Of a stretch of 64,000 nt of DNA, positions 39,937 to 54,952 are shown one piece after another. The DNA is from Synechococcus sp. (GTDB lineage Bacteria > Cyanobacteriota > Cyanobacteriia > PCC-6307 > Cyanobiaceae): NCBI GenBank assembly GCA_047285535.1, contig JBJBDC010000001.1, positions 1,728,136-1,792,135 of the forward strand, in the 5' to 3' direction. A model generated the notes under the pieces. That model did not search any database. It saw only the letters and a program-made list of their open reading frames with translations, and had not been told where the DNA came from. A program made the position numbers and the translations under genes. Position 1 is the first letter of the stretch. Every line of letters starts with the position of its first letter.

Positions 39937-39967
39937 AAAAAAAGCCATCCCTTCAAGGGATGGCTTT
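39937..39967 (-). terminator. rRNA operon terminator
   Basis: A-tract then AAAGCCATCCC-ttcaa-GGGATGGCTTT, just downstream of 5S. Confidence 0.85.
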
Positions 39968-39987
39968 CTTCGTTGAAAATGTTTTTA

Positions 39988-40104
39988 CCTGGCATCGAGC
40001 TATTTTCTCAGGGGGCTACCCCCCAAATATCGTCGCCGCTGCTGCGTTTCACAACCGAGTTCGAGATGGATCGGAGTGGGTCCACAGCGCTATGGACACC
40101 AGGA
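39988..40104 (-). rRNA. rrf: 5S rRNA
   Basis: Reverse complement TCCTGGTGTCCATAGCGC...CCGATCCATCTCGAACTCGGTTGTGAAAC...GATGCCAGG. Confidence 0.96.
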
Positions 40105-40220
40105 TAGACATTTCCCAAGGGTTGACCCCTGAGAACTGCATAGCTGCATTCAATTCACTTGCGTTCCTTGTTTGCGATCTGGATCAAATAAAGTCTTTTC
40201 AAAGGCAAGAACCAAATGTT

Positions 40221-43084
<2,864 letters not shown>

Positions 43085-43514
43085 AATGTATCTCCAACAC
43101 GCTTGCTGTTGTTGAAACAGATTCTTTTAACTTCTAACTTAGAACTTCTAACTTAGAAGTTAAAATCAAACTCTCAAATGCTCGACACATTTGAAAGAAC
43201 GTGATGGAGTCTCGGCTCTTGCTCGTAGAATTAACATCATTCCATCAAGAATTAACCCTCAAGAATGATGCATCTATGAGATGCTTTATTCTTTCCAGAC
43301 TTACTATGCAGTTGTCAAGGTTCGGCTAGACATCAAATCAATGCATTGATCTCTCAATCCATTCATTGAGCCCAGCGTCCTATCAATTAAATCTTGGGTT
43401 CACTCCCATTCTTTAAAATGACAAGAAGCTAGGATCATCTAGCGGACAAATCTAAATCACAATCCATACGAGCTCATACTCCACTCTTGGGAGATGGGGA
43501 TTCATTTCGGTCAG

Positions 43515-43587
43515 TGGAGGTTAGGAGACTCGAACTCCTGACATCCTGCTTGCAAAGCAGGCGCTCTACCAACTGAGCTAAACCCCC
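43515..43587 (-). tRNA. tRNA-Ala(TGC)
   Basis: GGGGGTTTAGCTCAGTTGGTAGAGCGCCTGCTTTGCAAGCAGGATGTCAGGAGTTCGAGTCTCCTAACCTCCA. Confidence 0.97.
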
Positions 43588-43595
43588 AACACCGA

Positions 43596-43669
<74 letters not shown>

Positions 43670-43855
43670 AGGAGTCTCATCCCTTATGGGGTGTGACCTA
43701 GACAAAGTTTAGGAACTAAAGATCTCCACCAAGCCAATCCCTATCTCTAGACATCTCTTGGCTTCAAAATTGAGGTACCGATCGACCTAAGGTGACAGGA
43801 TTTTGGCCTAAGAATCAAGTACTCAGACATCAAAATCGGTTGTTTGTCTCCCTGT

Positions 43856-45337
<1,482 letters not shown>

Positions 45338-45779
45338 GTAGATCAATCCCTTTTGGTTCTCACCTCAGATTGATTTGCTTCACCCACATCAAAGCACTGG
45401 CGTACTTCATGCAGTTGTTGCCTCCTTCCTCTGACAGAAGGGTTCAAAGAGTGCAAAATCAGAATTTCTTCCTCCTTCGACTTTCCGGGATCTCAGATCC
45501 GGTCGTTGCTCCACATTGCGCACACCGACAACTCAAGACTTCGTGAAAACTCTCGAGCTGCAAGCACAATGCTTCTCTGCAACTAAATAATTGTTGACGG
45601 GACCTCACACCTTTATCGCACTATCATTTAGCTCGCACTTAAATCTTTCGACTTAAGTTCAAACTAAACGCGATAAAAGCGTCAGTTCCTAAACTTTTCA
45701 ATTGTCCAGGTTCTGCCTTCGCGTTCCCTTGCAGAAACGGTTGGCCTGCGGTTTCGCAACCGCCTTTGAAACTTACAAC

Positions 45780-45918
45780 ATCGTGGGATCGCTCCCCCAA
45801 TCCTGCAAGCCCCTCAGAACACTTCAAGCTCTCGCTTGTCATGATCCTCGGCTGCGCTTCGGAGCATTGCCCCCCCGCGCAGTCCAAAACCATAACTCAA
45901 TGACTGCTCCCTTCGCAA
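45780..45918 (-). promoter_or_regulatory. candidate tandem rRNA promoters
   Basis: Minus strand TTGCGA-N18-TATGGT (45918-45889) and TTGCAG-N17-CACGAT (45808-45780); imperfect sigma70 matches in the expected place. Confidence 0.4.
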
Positions 45919-45941
45919 CTATCTCGCCATAGAAAGGACAC

Positions 45942-46742
45942 TCAACCCTGAAGGAGAGCCTCTCCCCAGGGGGCCAGGCGATTCAACTGCTTTTGGGAAC
46001 CAGCAGCAAGTACAGGGAAACCAACATCTGAAAGATCACAACCGGGATCCAGATCAGCTGGGTTCTTTTCCAGCCAAAGCAGTGGGCAACCTAATTCAGT
46101 CAACACAAGCCAGGCAGCGGCCACATCCCAAATTTTGGGAGTTGCCTCTAACGCAGCTGAGGTTTGCCCCATGGCAACACTCACCAAATTAAGACTGGCA
46201 ACGCCCAAAAGACGAATCTTTCCAGGAAACGATTGATCCGGCCTCTTCTGAAGGACACGAATCGATCGGCTACACAGCGAGACACAGGCACTTTGAGCAG
46301 CGAGTCTGGTTTGAGGTGTCAGACGTTTTTGATTCCGCCAAGCCCCTTGTTCACGGATAGCGACGATTCTCTGATTCAATGAAGGGATATCGAGAAATGC
46401 CTCTGAAGGTTCGCCATTGACGAACCGTGCGATTGAGATGGCCCAATAAGGAATGCCAGCAGCAAAGTTAGTTGTGCCATCGAGTGGGTCAACAACCCAG
46501 AAGGCAGACGTTGAGGGGCATACCTGACTGCCCTCTTCGCTTAGCACGCCTTCATCGGGAGTAATCTCGGCTAACCCCTGAACAAACGCAGCATCACTCC
46601 ATTGATCACAAGCAGTGATCAAACTTCCATCAGGCTTGACATCAGACACAATATGACCAAAGTCATTGCGCTGATGTTCAGCAACTCGATCGAGTAAAAG
46701 GTGGACTCGATGCAGTTGCTGAGCACTAAGCGGGGCAGACAC
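45942..46742 (-). CDS. inositol monophosphatase family protein
   Basis: LSEE, WVVDPLDGTTNF, IWDVAAA. Confidence 0.93.
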   Translation of the reverse strand: MSAPLSAQQLHRVHLLLDRVAEHQRNDFGHIVSDVKPDGSLITACDQWSDAAFVQGLAEITPDEGVLSEEGSQVCPSTSAFWVVDPLDGTTNFAAGIPYWAISIARFVNGEPSEAFLDIPSLNQRIVAIREQGAWRNQKRLTPQTRLAAQSACVSLCSRSIRVLQKRPDQSFPGKIRLLGVASLNLVSVAMGQTSAALEATPKIWDVAAAWLVLTELGCPLLWLEKNPADLDPGCDLSDVGFPVLAAGSQKQLNRLAPWGEALLQG

Positions 46743-46747
46743 CCTAA

Positions 46748-48487
46748 TCAGCTCGGTAAATTAGACAACATTGATTCACAGGCTGGCAAATTAGGGATTG
46801 GCTCAATTGGAATATCTATATCGCCAGCATTTGTGTCATTCGTGGCCGGCAAGTTCACATCTGAGCAGGAGGCCACCTGATCAAGCCCGGTTCTGCGACG
46901 CAAATTTGCCAGGCTTGTATTGTAAATCTCTACTGCATTTGAATATTTAACTTCTGCCTGTGTTAGATCACGCTGCGAGTCAACAACTTCTCGCTGGGTT
47001 GTAACACCTGCTTGAAAGCGAAGACGAGCCAATCTTAAAGTTTCAGCAGTGTACAAAACCTCATTAGATGCAGTGTATATATTTTGAGAGGCTGCACGAA
47101 GAGAATAAAAACTTTCTTCTACATCTTTACGAATCCTGTCGCGTGTCTCAGCGAAAGTAAACGTTTTCTCCTCAGCTGCCTGTTTGCTCCTTCTGTAATT
47201 TGCACGGGCACGTCCTCCATCAAAAATAGCCCATGAGGCCTTCAACCCCACAGCATTATTGACTGTCCAGTTATAATCAGCCATGTCGATTGACCCAGTT
47301 TGATTTGTTTGACCTTGAGTCTTACTCGTATTGAAGTTATTGAAAATAGTTAGCACTGGCTGGATAGCTGCGAGAGCAGCATTAGCACTGCTGTTGTTGA
47401 TCGAGATATCCAGAATCACCTGGTCAAGCTCCTCTCGAAATGAGTAAGCCGCAATAATGCTTTCTTGAAGGGAAGGCTGCCAAACTCCCAGTACCCGGGC
47501 TGGAGTTGCTGCGGTTGGCGTTACATCTTGTGGAAGGTCAAGCAATTGGGCCAGAGATCTCCGAGCTTGAGATTGATCACGCAGACCATCGGTAAGACGT
47601 TGGCGATCTCTGGCTAATTGGGATTGAGCTTCTAACACATCCAGCTTGGTTGAGACTCCAGCCTGGTAGCGGGCACCAGCATCACGCAGGCTGACCAGCG
47701 AAGCACGAACACTCTGTTGTCCGATGCGTACTCCCTCGTCACTACGCTGAAGCCTGAAATAGGCAGTCGCAGCATTCAGCCTGAGGTCTCTTAAGGCAAT
47801 TAAATAAGCAAGACTTTGTCTTTCAAATCGATCACGCGCTGCAGCTATCTGTGGGACACGTTTGGGATCGATCAGATTCCAGTTCACTGAAGCTTGAAAC
47901 GCAGCAGACCAGGTTGTTGTGTAAGTGTTTGGTTGCCTCTCCGGTTCCCCAGTATCAGGGTTGAGCACCCTGCGCCCCGTTTCATCAATTGTTGGTGTTG
48001 CGAATTTAGGATTTCGATATTGTTCACCATCCAAGTATTGAGGCAATCCAGATGCTTGCAGGTTGACGGTGGGATACCACAGAGAAATCTCAGCTAGCAG
48101 TTGTGATTTGAATTGATCAACCTGACTAGCAGCGGCTTTCAGGGTTGGACTGTTGACCTCAGCAAGACGCTCAACCTCAGCGAGAGTTAAAGGACGAAGT
48201 TCACGAATGGTGACCTGGGACGGAAGATCAGGTAAGGCAAGACTGTCAGGAGATGCAAGAGCATCCAAATCCTCTGGGAGCGTTGTGGCCGCCGGTGGCA
48301 GAACAGATGGATCAGCCTTCGGACGAGATCCTTTTAATTCGATGGCATTAGGAAGGGTCGACTGATCCATTAGTAAGGATTCAGAAGAAGAACTATCTGC
48401 CTCAACATCCTGAGCGAGTGCAGCCGATGCAGCGAAGACAGGCAAACAACCTGCGATCAGAACAAAACGAGCAGCTGTCCGGAGCAC
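46748..48487 (-). CDS. tolC: TolC family outer membrane efflux protein
   Basis: Signal peptide, two OEP repeats (RYQAGV and RFQAGV), IFDGG. Confidence 0.9.
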   Translation of the reverse strand: MLRTAARFVLIAGCLPVFAASAALAQDVEADSSSSESLLMDQSTLPNAIELKGSRPKADPSVLPPAATTLPEDLDALASPDSLALPDLPSQVTIRELRPLTLAEVERLAEVNSPTLKAAASQVDQFKSQLLAEISLWYPTVNLQASGLPQYLDGEQYRNPKFATPTIDETGRRVLNPDTGEPERQPNTYTTTWSAAFQASVNWNLIDPKRVPQIAAARDRFERQSLAYLIALRDLRLNAATAYFRLQRSDEGVRIGQQSVRASLVSLRDAGARYQAGVSTKLDVLEAQSQLARDRQRLTDGLRDQSQARRSLAQLLDLPQDVTPTAATPARVLGVWQPSLQESIIAAYSFREELDQVILDISINNSSANAALAAIQPVLTIFNNFNTSKTQGQTNQTGSIDMADYNWTVNNAVGLKASWAIFDGGRARANYRRSKQAAEEKTFTFAETRDRIRKDVEESFYSLRAASQNIYTASNEVLYTAETLRLARLRFQAGVTTQREVVDSQRDLTQAEVKYSNAVEIYNTSLANLRRRTGLDQVASCSDVNLPATNDTNAGDIDIPIEPIPNLPACESMLSNLPS

Positions 48488-48511
48488 ATTAATACTGGAA
48501 CTCTGCGGAGC

Positions 48512-49924
48512 TTAATTGCTTTTTTCGATAGAGCCCAGCACAGAGGCCACGATTTCAGCTGCTCCATCCACGATTCGGATCGGCACTGAAAGATTCGCCT
48601 GCAATTGATCCAACGTCATGTCGTCCAAAAACACTGGATCACCGTGGCGAAGCATGACAGATGGGAGCAGAAGCTGATCGCCCAGGTCTTGATCCCTAAG
48701 TCCATCAAGCAAATCTTGTCCGGTCAGCAATCCAGTCACAACCTGGTCTTGCCCCCAATAGGGACTAGGAAGGCCATGCAAGATCAAGTGGACTCCATCA
48801 ACCGCATTGAGCCTTCTCAGCACTGGCTCCAAAGCATTCTCAACCAAGCGTCCAACCACCCAGCTGCTTTTCAGAGGTCTTTCCACACTCTTAGGGAGAT
48901 CGGTTGTTACCTCGTCCAAAGCAGCAAGAAATGCCCTAATGCTGCCCACTCCATTTTCCTGCTGAGGAAAATCCTCATAGTTTGCGCGTGGAGGCAAGTT
49001 CAAGCCAGCAATGAGATACCACTCATCTGACAGCCAGGCAAAGCGACTTTCAAACCGGACCTGAAACTCCTTCTGCAGAGGTTCCACCGCTGCAATGACT
49101 TTTCTGGCGTCGTCGGGATTGACCGCACGCAAGCCATCAGTTGCCAACCTAAAACGGGTGAGACCAACAGGAACAACGGCAACAGAAAGCACCGCCGGCC
49201 ATTCCCCTCCAGCAAATTCAGCCAGATCACGAATGGTGCGCAACAACGCTTCGCCATCATTCTGATCAGGGCAAACAACCACCTGAGCGTGAATCTGGAG
49301 ATCCCGTTGAGAGAACCAGTCCAGTTGCTTCAACAGTTGTCCACCTCTTGGATTTTTCAAAAGACTCGATCGCAGAGCAGGATCAGTGGCATGGACTGAA
49401 ACAAACAATGGCGACAAACGTTGTTGTTCGATCCTGTGCCAATCGGAATCACTGAGGTTTGTGAGTGTGAGATAGGAGCCGTACAGAAAACTCAATCGAT
49501 AGTCATCATCCTTGAGATAAAGACTGCTGCGATGACCGGATGGTTGTTGGTCGATGAAGCAGAACGCACAGCGATTACTGCACTGCCGCAATCCATCGAA
49601 CAACGCTTCTGTGAACGCCAGTCCCAGGCCTTCATCTTCATCCTTTTCCAGATCGACTTGATGGAGATCTCCTTTTGCATCCCGAACCTCTAAATGCAAT
49701 TCCTCTTCAACAATGAGATACCGATAATCAATGAGATCTCGAGGACGAACGCCATTGATACTCAACAGCTGATCTCCGGGCTCAAAGCCAAGTTCTTCTC
49801 CTATCGATCCGGGCTGGACTGATGCCACAACTGCCGGTGCAGGCTGATGCAATCCAGACCCCTGATCAAGAGCCGCATCAGTCACACCGGCAGAAGGTTC
49901 ATTCCACACAGCGCTGACAGCCAA
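48512..49924 (-). CDS. PDZ plus radical SAM protein (TIGR03279-like)
   Basis: N-terminal PDZ, CSNRCAFC, LYLKDDDYRLSFLYGSYLTLTN, QQENGVG. Confidence 0.92.
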   Translation of the reverse strand: MAVSAVWNEPSAGVTDAALDQGSGLHQPAPAVVASVQPGSIGEELGFEPGDQLLSINGVRPRDLIDYRYLIVEEELHLEVRDAKGDLHQVDLEKDEDEGLGLAFTEALFDGLRQCSNRCAFCFIDQQPSGHRSSLYLKDDDYRLSFLYGSYLTLTNLSDSDWHRIEQQRLSPLFVSVHATDPALRSSLLKNPRGGQLLKQLDWFSQRDLQIHAQVVVCPDQNDGEALLRTIRDLAEFAGGEWPAVLSVAVVPVGLTRFRLATDGLRAVNPDDARKVIAAVEPLQKEFQVRFESRFAWLSDEWYLIAGLNLPPRANYEDFPQQENGVGSIRAFLAALDEVTTDLPKSVERPLKSSWVVGRLVENALEPVLRRLNAVDGVHLILHGLPSPYWGQDQVVTGLLTGQDLLDGLRDQDLGDQLLLPSVMLRHGDPVFLDDMTLDQLQANLSVPIRIVDGAAEIVASVLGSIEKSN

Positions 49925-49930
49925 GTGCGT

Positions 49931-50782
49931 TCAGTCTGATGCCGCACCGAACCACCACACCAGAAGAAGCACCCCAAAAAGCAACCGATACACCACAAAA
50001 ATCCAGGTGCTATGGCTCTGGAGATATTTGATCAGCCAGTCGATGGCCAGCCAAGAGACCACAGCTGCAGAACAGATCCCGACTAAAACAGGCAAAATCC
50101 CACCCACGCTTGGCTCTGAAAAAGCATCTTTTAATTCCACCAATCCTGCGATTGTGATGGCAGGAATCCCTAACAAAAAGGAAAACCGAGCTGCATCAGC
50201 TCGCTTCCAACCATCAAACAGTGATGCTGTCAGCGTGCTACCTGAGCGTGAGACACCCGGGATCAAAGCCAACATCTGGGCCAGACCAACCACCAGCCCA
50301 TCGCGTCCTTGCACATGGTTCAGCTGCTTCAGTCGAGGACCGAACCGCTCAGCCAATCCTAGTAATAGTGCCATCACAATCGACACAACAGCAATGGCAG
50401 GAACACTGCGCAGAGGGGAGGTTGCATAGCCTGGCCAGAACAATTTGATGCAAAGACCGGCAATCACAATCGGAACAGTGCCGATCGCCATGGCAATGCC
50501 AAGCCGCGCATCAGGTTCCCTCCATTGACCGCGCCTTAACGCGCCAATGATGCCTTTGAGTACGCCTGTCAAATCAGCGCGGAAGTAGGCAATAACGGCA
50601 ACAATGCTGCCGAGCTGGATCACGGCGGTCACCGAGATTCCAGGGTCCCCCCATCCTGCAAGAACTGGAACCACCTTCAGGTGAGCCGTGCTGCTAATTG
50701 GCAAAAATTCCGTAAGCCCTTGCACGACGCCAAGCACAAAATCACGCCAGCAAGCTTCAAGCAGTCCGGGATCCGTGGTCAA
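49931..50782 (-). CDS. uppP: undecaprenyl-diphosphate phosphatase
   Basis: QGLTEFLPISSTAH, PGVSRSGST, AARFSFLL. Confidence 0.96.
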   Translation of the reverse strand: MTTDPGLLEACWRDFVLGVVQGLTEFLPISSTAHLKVVPVLAGWGDPGISVTAVIQLGSIVAVIAYFRADLTGVLKGIIGALRRGQWREPDARLGIAMAIGTVPIVIAGLCIKLFWPGYATSPLRSVPAIAVVSIVMALLLGLAERFGPRLKQLNHVQGRDGLVVGLAQMLALIPGVSRSGSTLTASLFDGWKRADAARFSFLLGIPAITIAGLVELKDAFSEPSVGGILPVLVGICSAAVVSWLAIDWLIKYLQSHSTWIFVVYRLLFGVLLLVWWFGAASD

Positions 50783-50954
50783 AGCGCTCTTTCAAATCAG
50801 TGCACTACGACTATGCGTCACTGGCTTCCTGCAGCAAATCCCGAACTTGCGGTCAAATCTTCTAATGTTTGGACTCTTTTTTCAAAATTCTGAGGGCATC
50901 CTTTTGCTGAGTGGTCTGATCCAGATTCCAACATCGGAGAAGCAGACCCTTGTG

Positions 50955-51650
50955 ATGTCCCGGGCTCCTGCGATCTCCTTCACTCGTTCGTTGTCCTTCT
51001 GGGCTTCGGCATTGGTTGTTCTGCCGGTCTTTCTCCAGGCGCCCTGGGTTCGCTTTCATCCCTTTAGCTCCTGTCTTTTCACCGCAGTGCTTTTGGCAGC
51101 AGGCATTTCTGCGGTCCAAATGGGCAATAAATCATGGAAGCAGGGGGGTGCTCTCCTTGTTGGATTCAGCGGAAGCTGGCTGGCGGGAACGCTGTTCTGG
51201 GGATGGCTGCGTATGCATCCTTTATGGCATCTACCTGTGGAATCGATTGCATTACCACTTGCCATCGGAGGGCTCGGCAGCCGTTGGAAACTGAGTTGTG
51301 CCTTTTACCTCGCTTCACTACTGGGCACCGCCATCACAGATTTCACAATGGCTCTTACTGGGGTGATGTCGTTCTGGCCCAAGGTTGTACAAGCCACATC
51401 GAATGACGCCCCACTCCTTCTTCATGAGGCGGCAAAGGTTGTGTTGCAACCATTTTCGGTCGTTCTTTTGCTCTCAGCCACAGGAGTCATCTTTTGGATC
51501 GTGAAACAGTTACAGACTCAAGCGATCCGCAGAAATGAACACAGTGAGGCGTGGAGCGTCGCCGCTTCTGTGCTGTCAACAACGCTTCTGATCGACGCCC
51601 TCTTTCTGGCGCTCTCCCTCTCAGTGCCAAACCTGACCGGTCTGATCTGA
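50955..51650 (+). CDS. DUF3120 family membrane protein
   Basis: LVVLPVFLQAPWVR, WGWLR.HP.WHLPVE; start may lie slightly upstream. Confidence 0.85.
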   Translation: MSRAPAISFTRSLSFWASALVVLPVFLQAPWVRFHPFSSCLFTAVLLAAGISAVQMGNKSWKQGGALLVGFSGSWLAGTLFWGWLRMHPLWHLPVESIALPLAIGGLGSRWKLSCAFYLASLLGTAITDFTMALTGVMSFWPKVVQATSNDAPLLLHEAAKVVLQPFSVVLLLSATGVIFWIVKQLQTQAIRRNEHSEAWSVAASVLSTTLLIDALFLALSLSVPNLTGLI

Positions 51651-51762
51651 AACGAACTGCAAACGCCTGGCAGTGCTAATGGAGCAAAAGGGATCTGCAC
51701 TTGTAAGGTTTCCATACCGGCGCTGCCGGAAGTCAAGTTCCGAATCCCAACGGAGAGTTCAG

Positions 51763-52140
51763 ATGAAGCGCCTGCTGTCCTGGCTGACGGGCATGGTTGT
51801 GATCGGTGGCCTATTGATGGGCCTTCTCGTTCCCCCCAATGTTTCTGCCGCTGAGATTAGAAATGTCGCAGACGACAAAATCGCCGAACGCGGCGACAAA
51901 GTTGATTTAAACAATTCCTCTGTCCGTCGCTTCCAGCAATTCCCTGGCATGTATCCCACTTTTGCTGGGAAAATCGTTCTCGGAGGTCCCTATGAGAAAG
52001 TCGATGACGTGCTGAACCTCGATCTTTCTGAACGTCAAAAAGAATTGTTCGCGAAATATCGCGACAATTTCGTGGTCACAGCACCATCCATTGCCCTGAA
52101 CGAGGGGTTCGACCGTATTAATGACGGTCAATACCGTTGA
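51763..52140 (+). CDS. psbU: photosystem II extrinsic 12 kDa protein
   Basis: KVDLNN....F...PGMYPT.A.KIV..GPY..V.DVL, DRINDGQYR; GGAG RBS. Confidence 0.97.
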   Translation: MKRLLSWLTGMVVIGGLLMGLLVPPNVSAAEIRNVADDKIAERGDKVDLNNSSVRRFQQFPGMYPTFAGKIVLGGPYEKVDDVLNLDLSERQKELFAKYRDNFVVTAPSIALNEGFDRINDGQYR

Positions 52141-52156
52141 CCTTGATCCAAGCTTG

Positions 52157-52184
52157 AACCGCCCAAATTACTGGCGGTTTTTTT
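52157..52184 (+). terminator. intrinsic terminator after psbU
   Basis: AACCGCC-loop-GGCGGTT followed by a T-run. Confidence 0.75.
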
Positions 52185-52211
52185 GCACCCATGGGCCTCC
52201 ACGCAACCTCG

Positions 52212-53876
52212 ATGGATCGAATTGCGCCGGGCCCATGGGATGTGATCGTCATCGGCGCAGGTGCAGCAGGGTTAATGACCTGTTTGGAACTTCCAGCTGA
52301 TCTGCGAGTCCTTCTTCTGAACCGAAACACAAGCAGAAGATCCTCAAGTCGCTGGGCTCAAGGGGGAATTGCAGCGGTAACCCGCTCCAATGACAATGCT
52401 CAGAGCCATGCTGATGACACAGTGAGCGCTGGAGCTGGTCTCTGCGATGGAGATGCAGTTCGCCTTCTAGTTGATCAAGCTCCCCAAAGCGTGCTGAGAC
52501 TTCAAGAGCTCGGCATGGAATTTGATCGCAACCAAGACGGAACACTTGCAACCACACTCGAAGCTGCCCACAGTCATCGAAGGGTGCTCCACGTCCAAGA
52601 CCGAACCGGCAAAGCCTTGGTGGATGTGCTACGGGAACGGGTCGATGCTCGACCTGGATTGCAGCATCGCCGAGGAGTGCGCGTTACCCAGTTATGGGTG
52701 AGACACAATCGCTGCTGTGGTGTGCAGGTTCTCGAAGGACCGTGGCTGCACTGGATTCCTGCCCGTGCTGTGGTGCTCGCCACCGGAGGAGGAGGCCACC
52801 TCTATACCAATACCACCAACCCCGCGCAGGCCTGCGGCGAGGGTGTCGCACTGGCCTGGCAAGCCGGAGCCGCCATCGAAGATCTGGAATTCGTGCAGTT
52901 CCATCCCACAGCACTCAAGGTTGAACATGCGCCTTGCTTCTTAATCTCAGAGGCGGTCCGGGGTGAGGGCGCTCGACTTGTCGACGCCTCAGGAACAAGT
53001 CCTGTCAGGGAACTGCCAGGACAGGACTTAGCCCCGAGAGATCAAGTCAGTCGTGCTTTGGTTCGTCAAATGCAGAGCCAAGGGGTCGCTCATATGGGTC
53101 TCGATCTCAGCGCAATCTCTGCTGAAAAGTTGATACGGCGGTTCCCCACCATTCTTGAACGCTGCCACGGCTACGGAATCGACCCACAAAAGCAACCAAT
53201 TCCGGTGGCTCCAGCAGCTCATTACTGGATGGGCGGTGTGGCCACCGACTTACAAGCTGCCACCAGCCTTCCTGGGCTCTATGCCGTCGGCGAAGTGGCC
53301 TGCACTGGAGTGCATGGTGCCAATCGTCTGGCCAGCAACTCCCTGATGGAATGCCTTGTCTTCGCGAGGCAACTGCGTGAGATCGACCTCGGGGTCGATG
53401 CCCTCTCGATTGACACCAGCAGGACAGAAGAAATCACTGAACTGAAGCCCCATCTAGAGCATGCTCGAAGTGCCTTCAGCAAGCAGGATCTAACCACCTC
53501 TATTCAATGGCTGAGATCGGAATGTTGGCGAGTGGCAGGCGTCGACCGCTCGGCCCATGGCATGAGGGAAGTGTTGAACACACTTCAAAAAACAATACCC
53601 AGCCTTGAATCGATGACTCAGCTGAGGATGATGCAAGGCCAACAAGCGGATCAGAGCATGCTCCTCGATGAAATCAGTCGCGCAGAGCTCAACCTGATGC
53701 TGGACCTCCATCATCGCCAACAATCCTGTTCCTTATTACTAAAAGCCTGCTTGTTTCGAACCGAGAGTAGGGGCGGTCATTTTCGCAATGACAACCCTGC
53801 TTCGATGCCTCAATGGTGCCGTCATAGCCGCCAGTTGAAAGGTCAAACGATCGGGACCAGAGCCGTAACCCCCTAA
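52212..53876 (+). CDS. nadB: L-aspartate oxidase
   Basis: IGAGAAG, WAQGGIAA, EAAHS, EFVQFHPT, LISEAVRGEG, GVHGANRLASNSL, ESRGGH. Confidence 0.96.
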   Translation: MDRIAPGPWDVIVIGAGAAGLMTCLELPADLRVLLLNRNTSRRSSSRWAQGGIAAVTRSNDNAQSHADDTVSAGAGLCDGDAVRLLVDQAPQSVLRLQELGMEFDRNQDGTLATTLEAAHSHRRVLHVQDRTGKALVDVLRERVDARPGLQHRRGVRVTQLWVRHNRCCGVQVLEGPWLHWIPARAVVLATGGGGHLYTNTTNPAQACGEGVALAWQAGAAIEDLEFVQFHPTALKVEHAPCFLISEAVRGEGARLVDASGTSPVRELPGQDLAPRDQVSRALVRQMQSQGVAHMGLDLSAISAEKLIRRFPTILERCHGYGIDPQKQPIPVAPAAHYWMGGVATDLQAATSLPGLYAVGEVACTGVHGANRLASNSLMECLVFARQLREIDLGVDALSIDTSRTEEITELKPHLEHARSAFSKQDLTTSIQWLRSECWRVAGVDRSAHGMREVLNTLQKTIPSLESMTQLRMMQGQQADQSMLLDEISRAELNLMLDLHHRQQSCSLLLKACLFRTESRGGHFRNDNPASMPQWCRHSRQLKGQTIGTRAVTP

Positions 53877-53898
53877 AACAACCGTTGTTGTGTGTCGT

Positions 53899-54840
53899 TC
53901 AGAAGTCCTGCGGGCCCTTGTATCCCGATAAACGGGCGAGATCCTTGAGTTGTTTCACTCCAGAATCGAGTTCACCATTGATTTCCCAGCTCGGGAAACC
54001 CTCAATGCCTTTGCTCTGGCAAAGCTCGGCCTCGTTGTTCTGCCCTGTGGGAGCGCATTCCACAACCTTGAGGGTTTTCGCAGCTTCTTTGCCAAACATC
54101 TCTTTCTGTTCATGGCAATGAGGACACCAATAGGCGCTGTACATCACAGCCCCAGACGCCGTGAGATGGTCAGCAAGAGCGGTTTTGGCTGGATTGCTCG
54201 TTGATGTGACTAGGGGAGGAGCACCTGGGCCTGTCGCAACCAGATCTGGACGTGCTGGATCGAGCACTGAGGCCCAAATCAACCCTCCGAGCAGCACCGC
54301 AATGGCAATGAGACATCCCCGAAACAGCAGTTGAGGAGGATCGTCCCAGCCACCTCCAAAGCATGACAACACCAGCAAGAGTAGGGAGATTACGGCCGAA
54401 AGAACGCAGAAGAAACAGAAGGCCTGGATCTTGAACACCATCAGCCCCAGAAGCACAAGGCTGAACACAGCCATTGCAAGCGAGACAGTGAACAGGCCCC
54501 ACCAAGTGCGTCGCGATAATTCAGCCTTGTTCTCTGACAACCCAGGAAGCAAGGGCAAGATCGCCATCACCACCACCGCGAGATACGCAAGCAGTCCAGC
54601 CAAGGACAACGGGATACTGAAGCCATCACCCTGAAACAACGTGCCCCAAGGGCTGTTCAAAACTTTGTCGCAGCCTCCTTCACCGATGGGACAGCTGAGC
54701 GAACTCCAAATCTCCCAACGCTTAAGGGTGATTGAACCTGTGTCGATCACTCCGACCGTGGCCAAAACGGCCATCACAATTCGAACCCATTTCGACCCCT
54801 GGTCCTGCCGGCGTCGGCTGATAAGACGCGTAGTCGACAT
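53899..54840 (-). CDS. vitamin K epoxide reductase-thioredoxin fusion (disulfide formation)
   Basis: C.....C..VL.SPW, FCFFC, C-terminal WCPHC thioredoxin domain. Confidence 0.94.
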   Translation of the reverse strand: MSTTRLISRRRQDQGSKWVRIVMAVLATVGVIDTGSITLKRWEIWSSLSCPIGEGGCDKVLNSPWGTLFQGDGFSIPLSLAGLLAYLAVVVMAILPLLPGLSENKAELSRRTWWGLFTVSLAMAVFSLVLLGLMVFKIQAFCFFCVLSAVISLLLLVLSCFGGGWDDPPQLLFRGCLIAIAVLLGGLIWASVLDPARPDLVATGPGAPPLVTSTSNPAKTALADHLTASGAVMYSAYWCPHCHEQKEMFGKEAAKTLKVVECAPTGQNNEAELCQSKGIEGFPSWEINGELDSGVKQLKDLARLSGYKGPQDF

Positions 54841-54952
54841 CAAGACTGATCAATTACTCACAATTTTGACAGCAAAGCGTGAGCGATACAGCGCTCATGG
54901 TTGTGACTATCCGTTCATCCAATCCTAAAGTGATGGATTGAAGAGTCATGCC

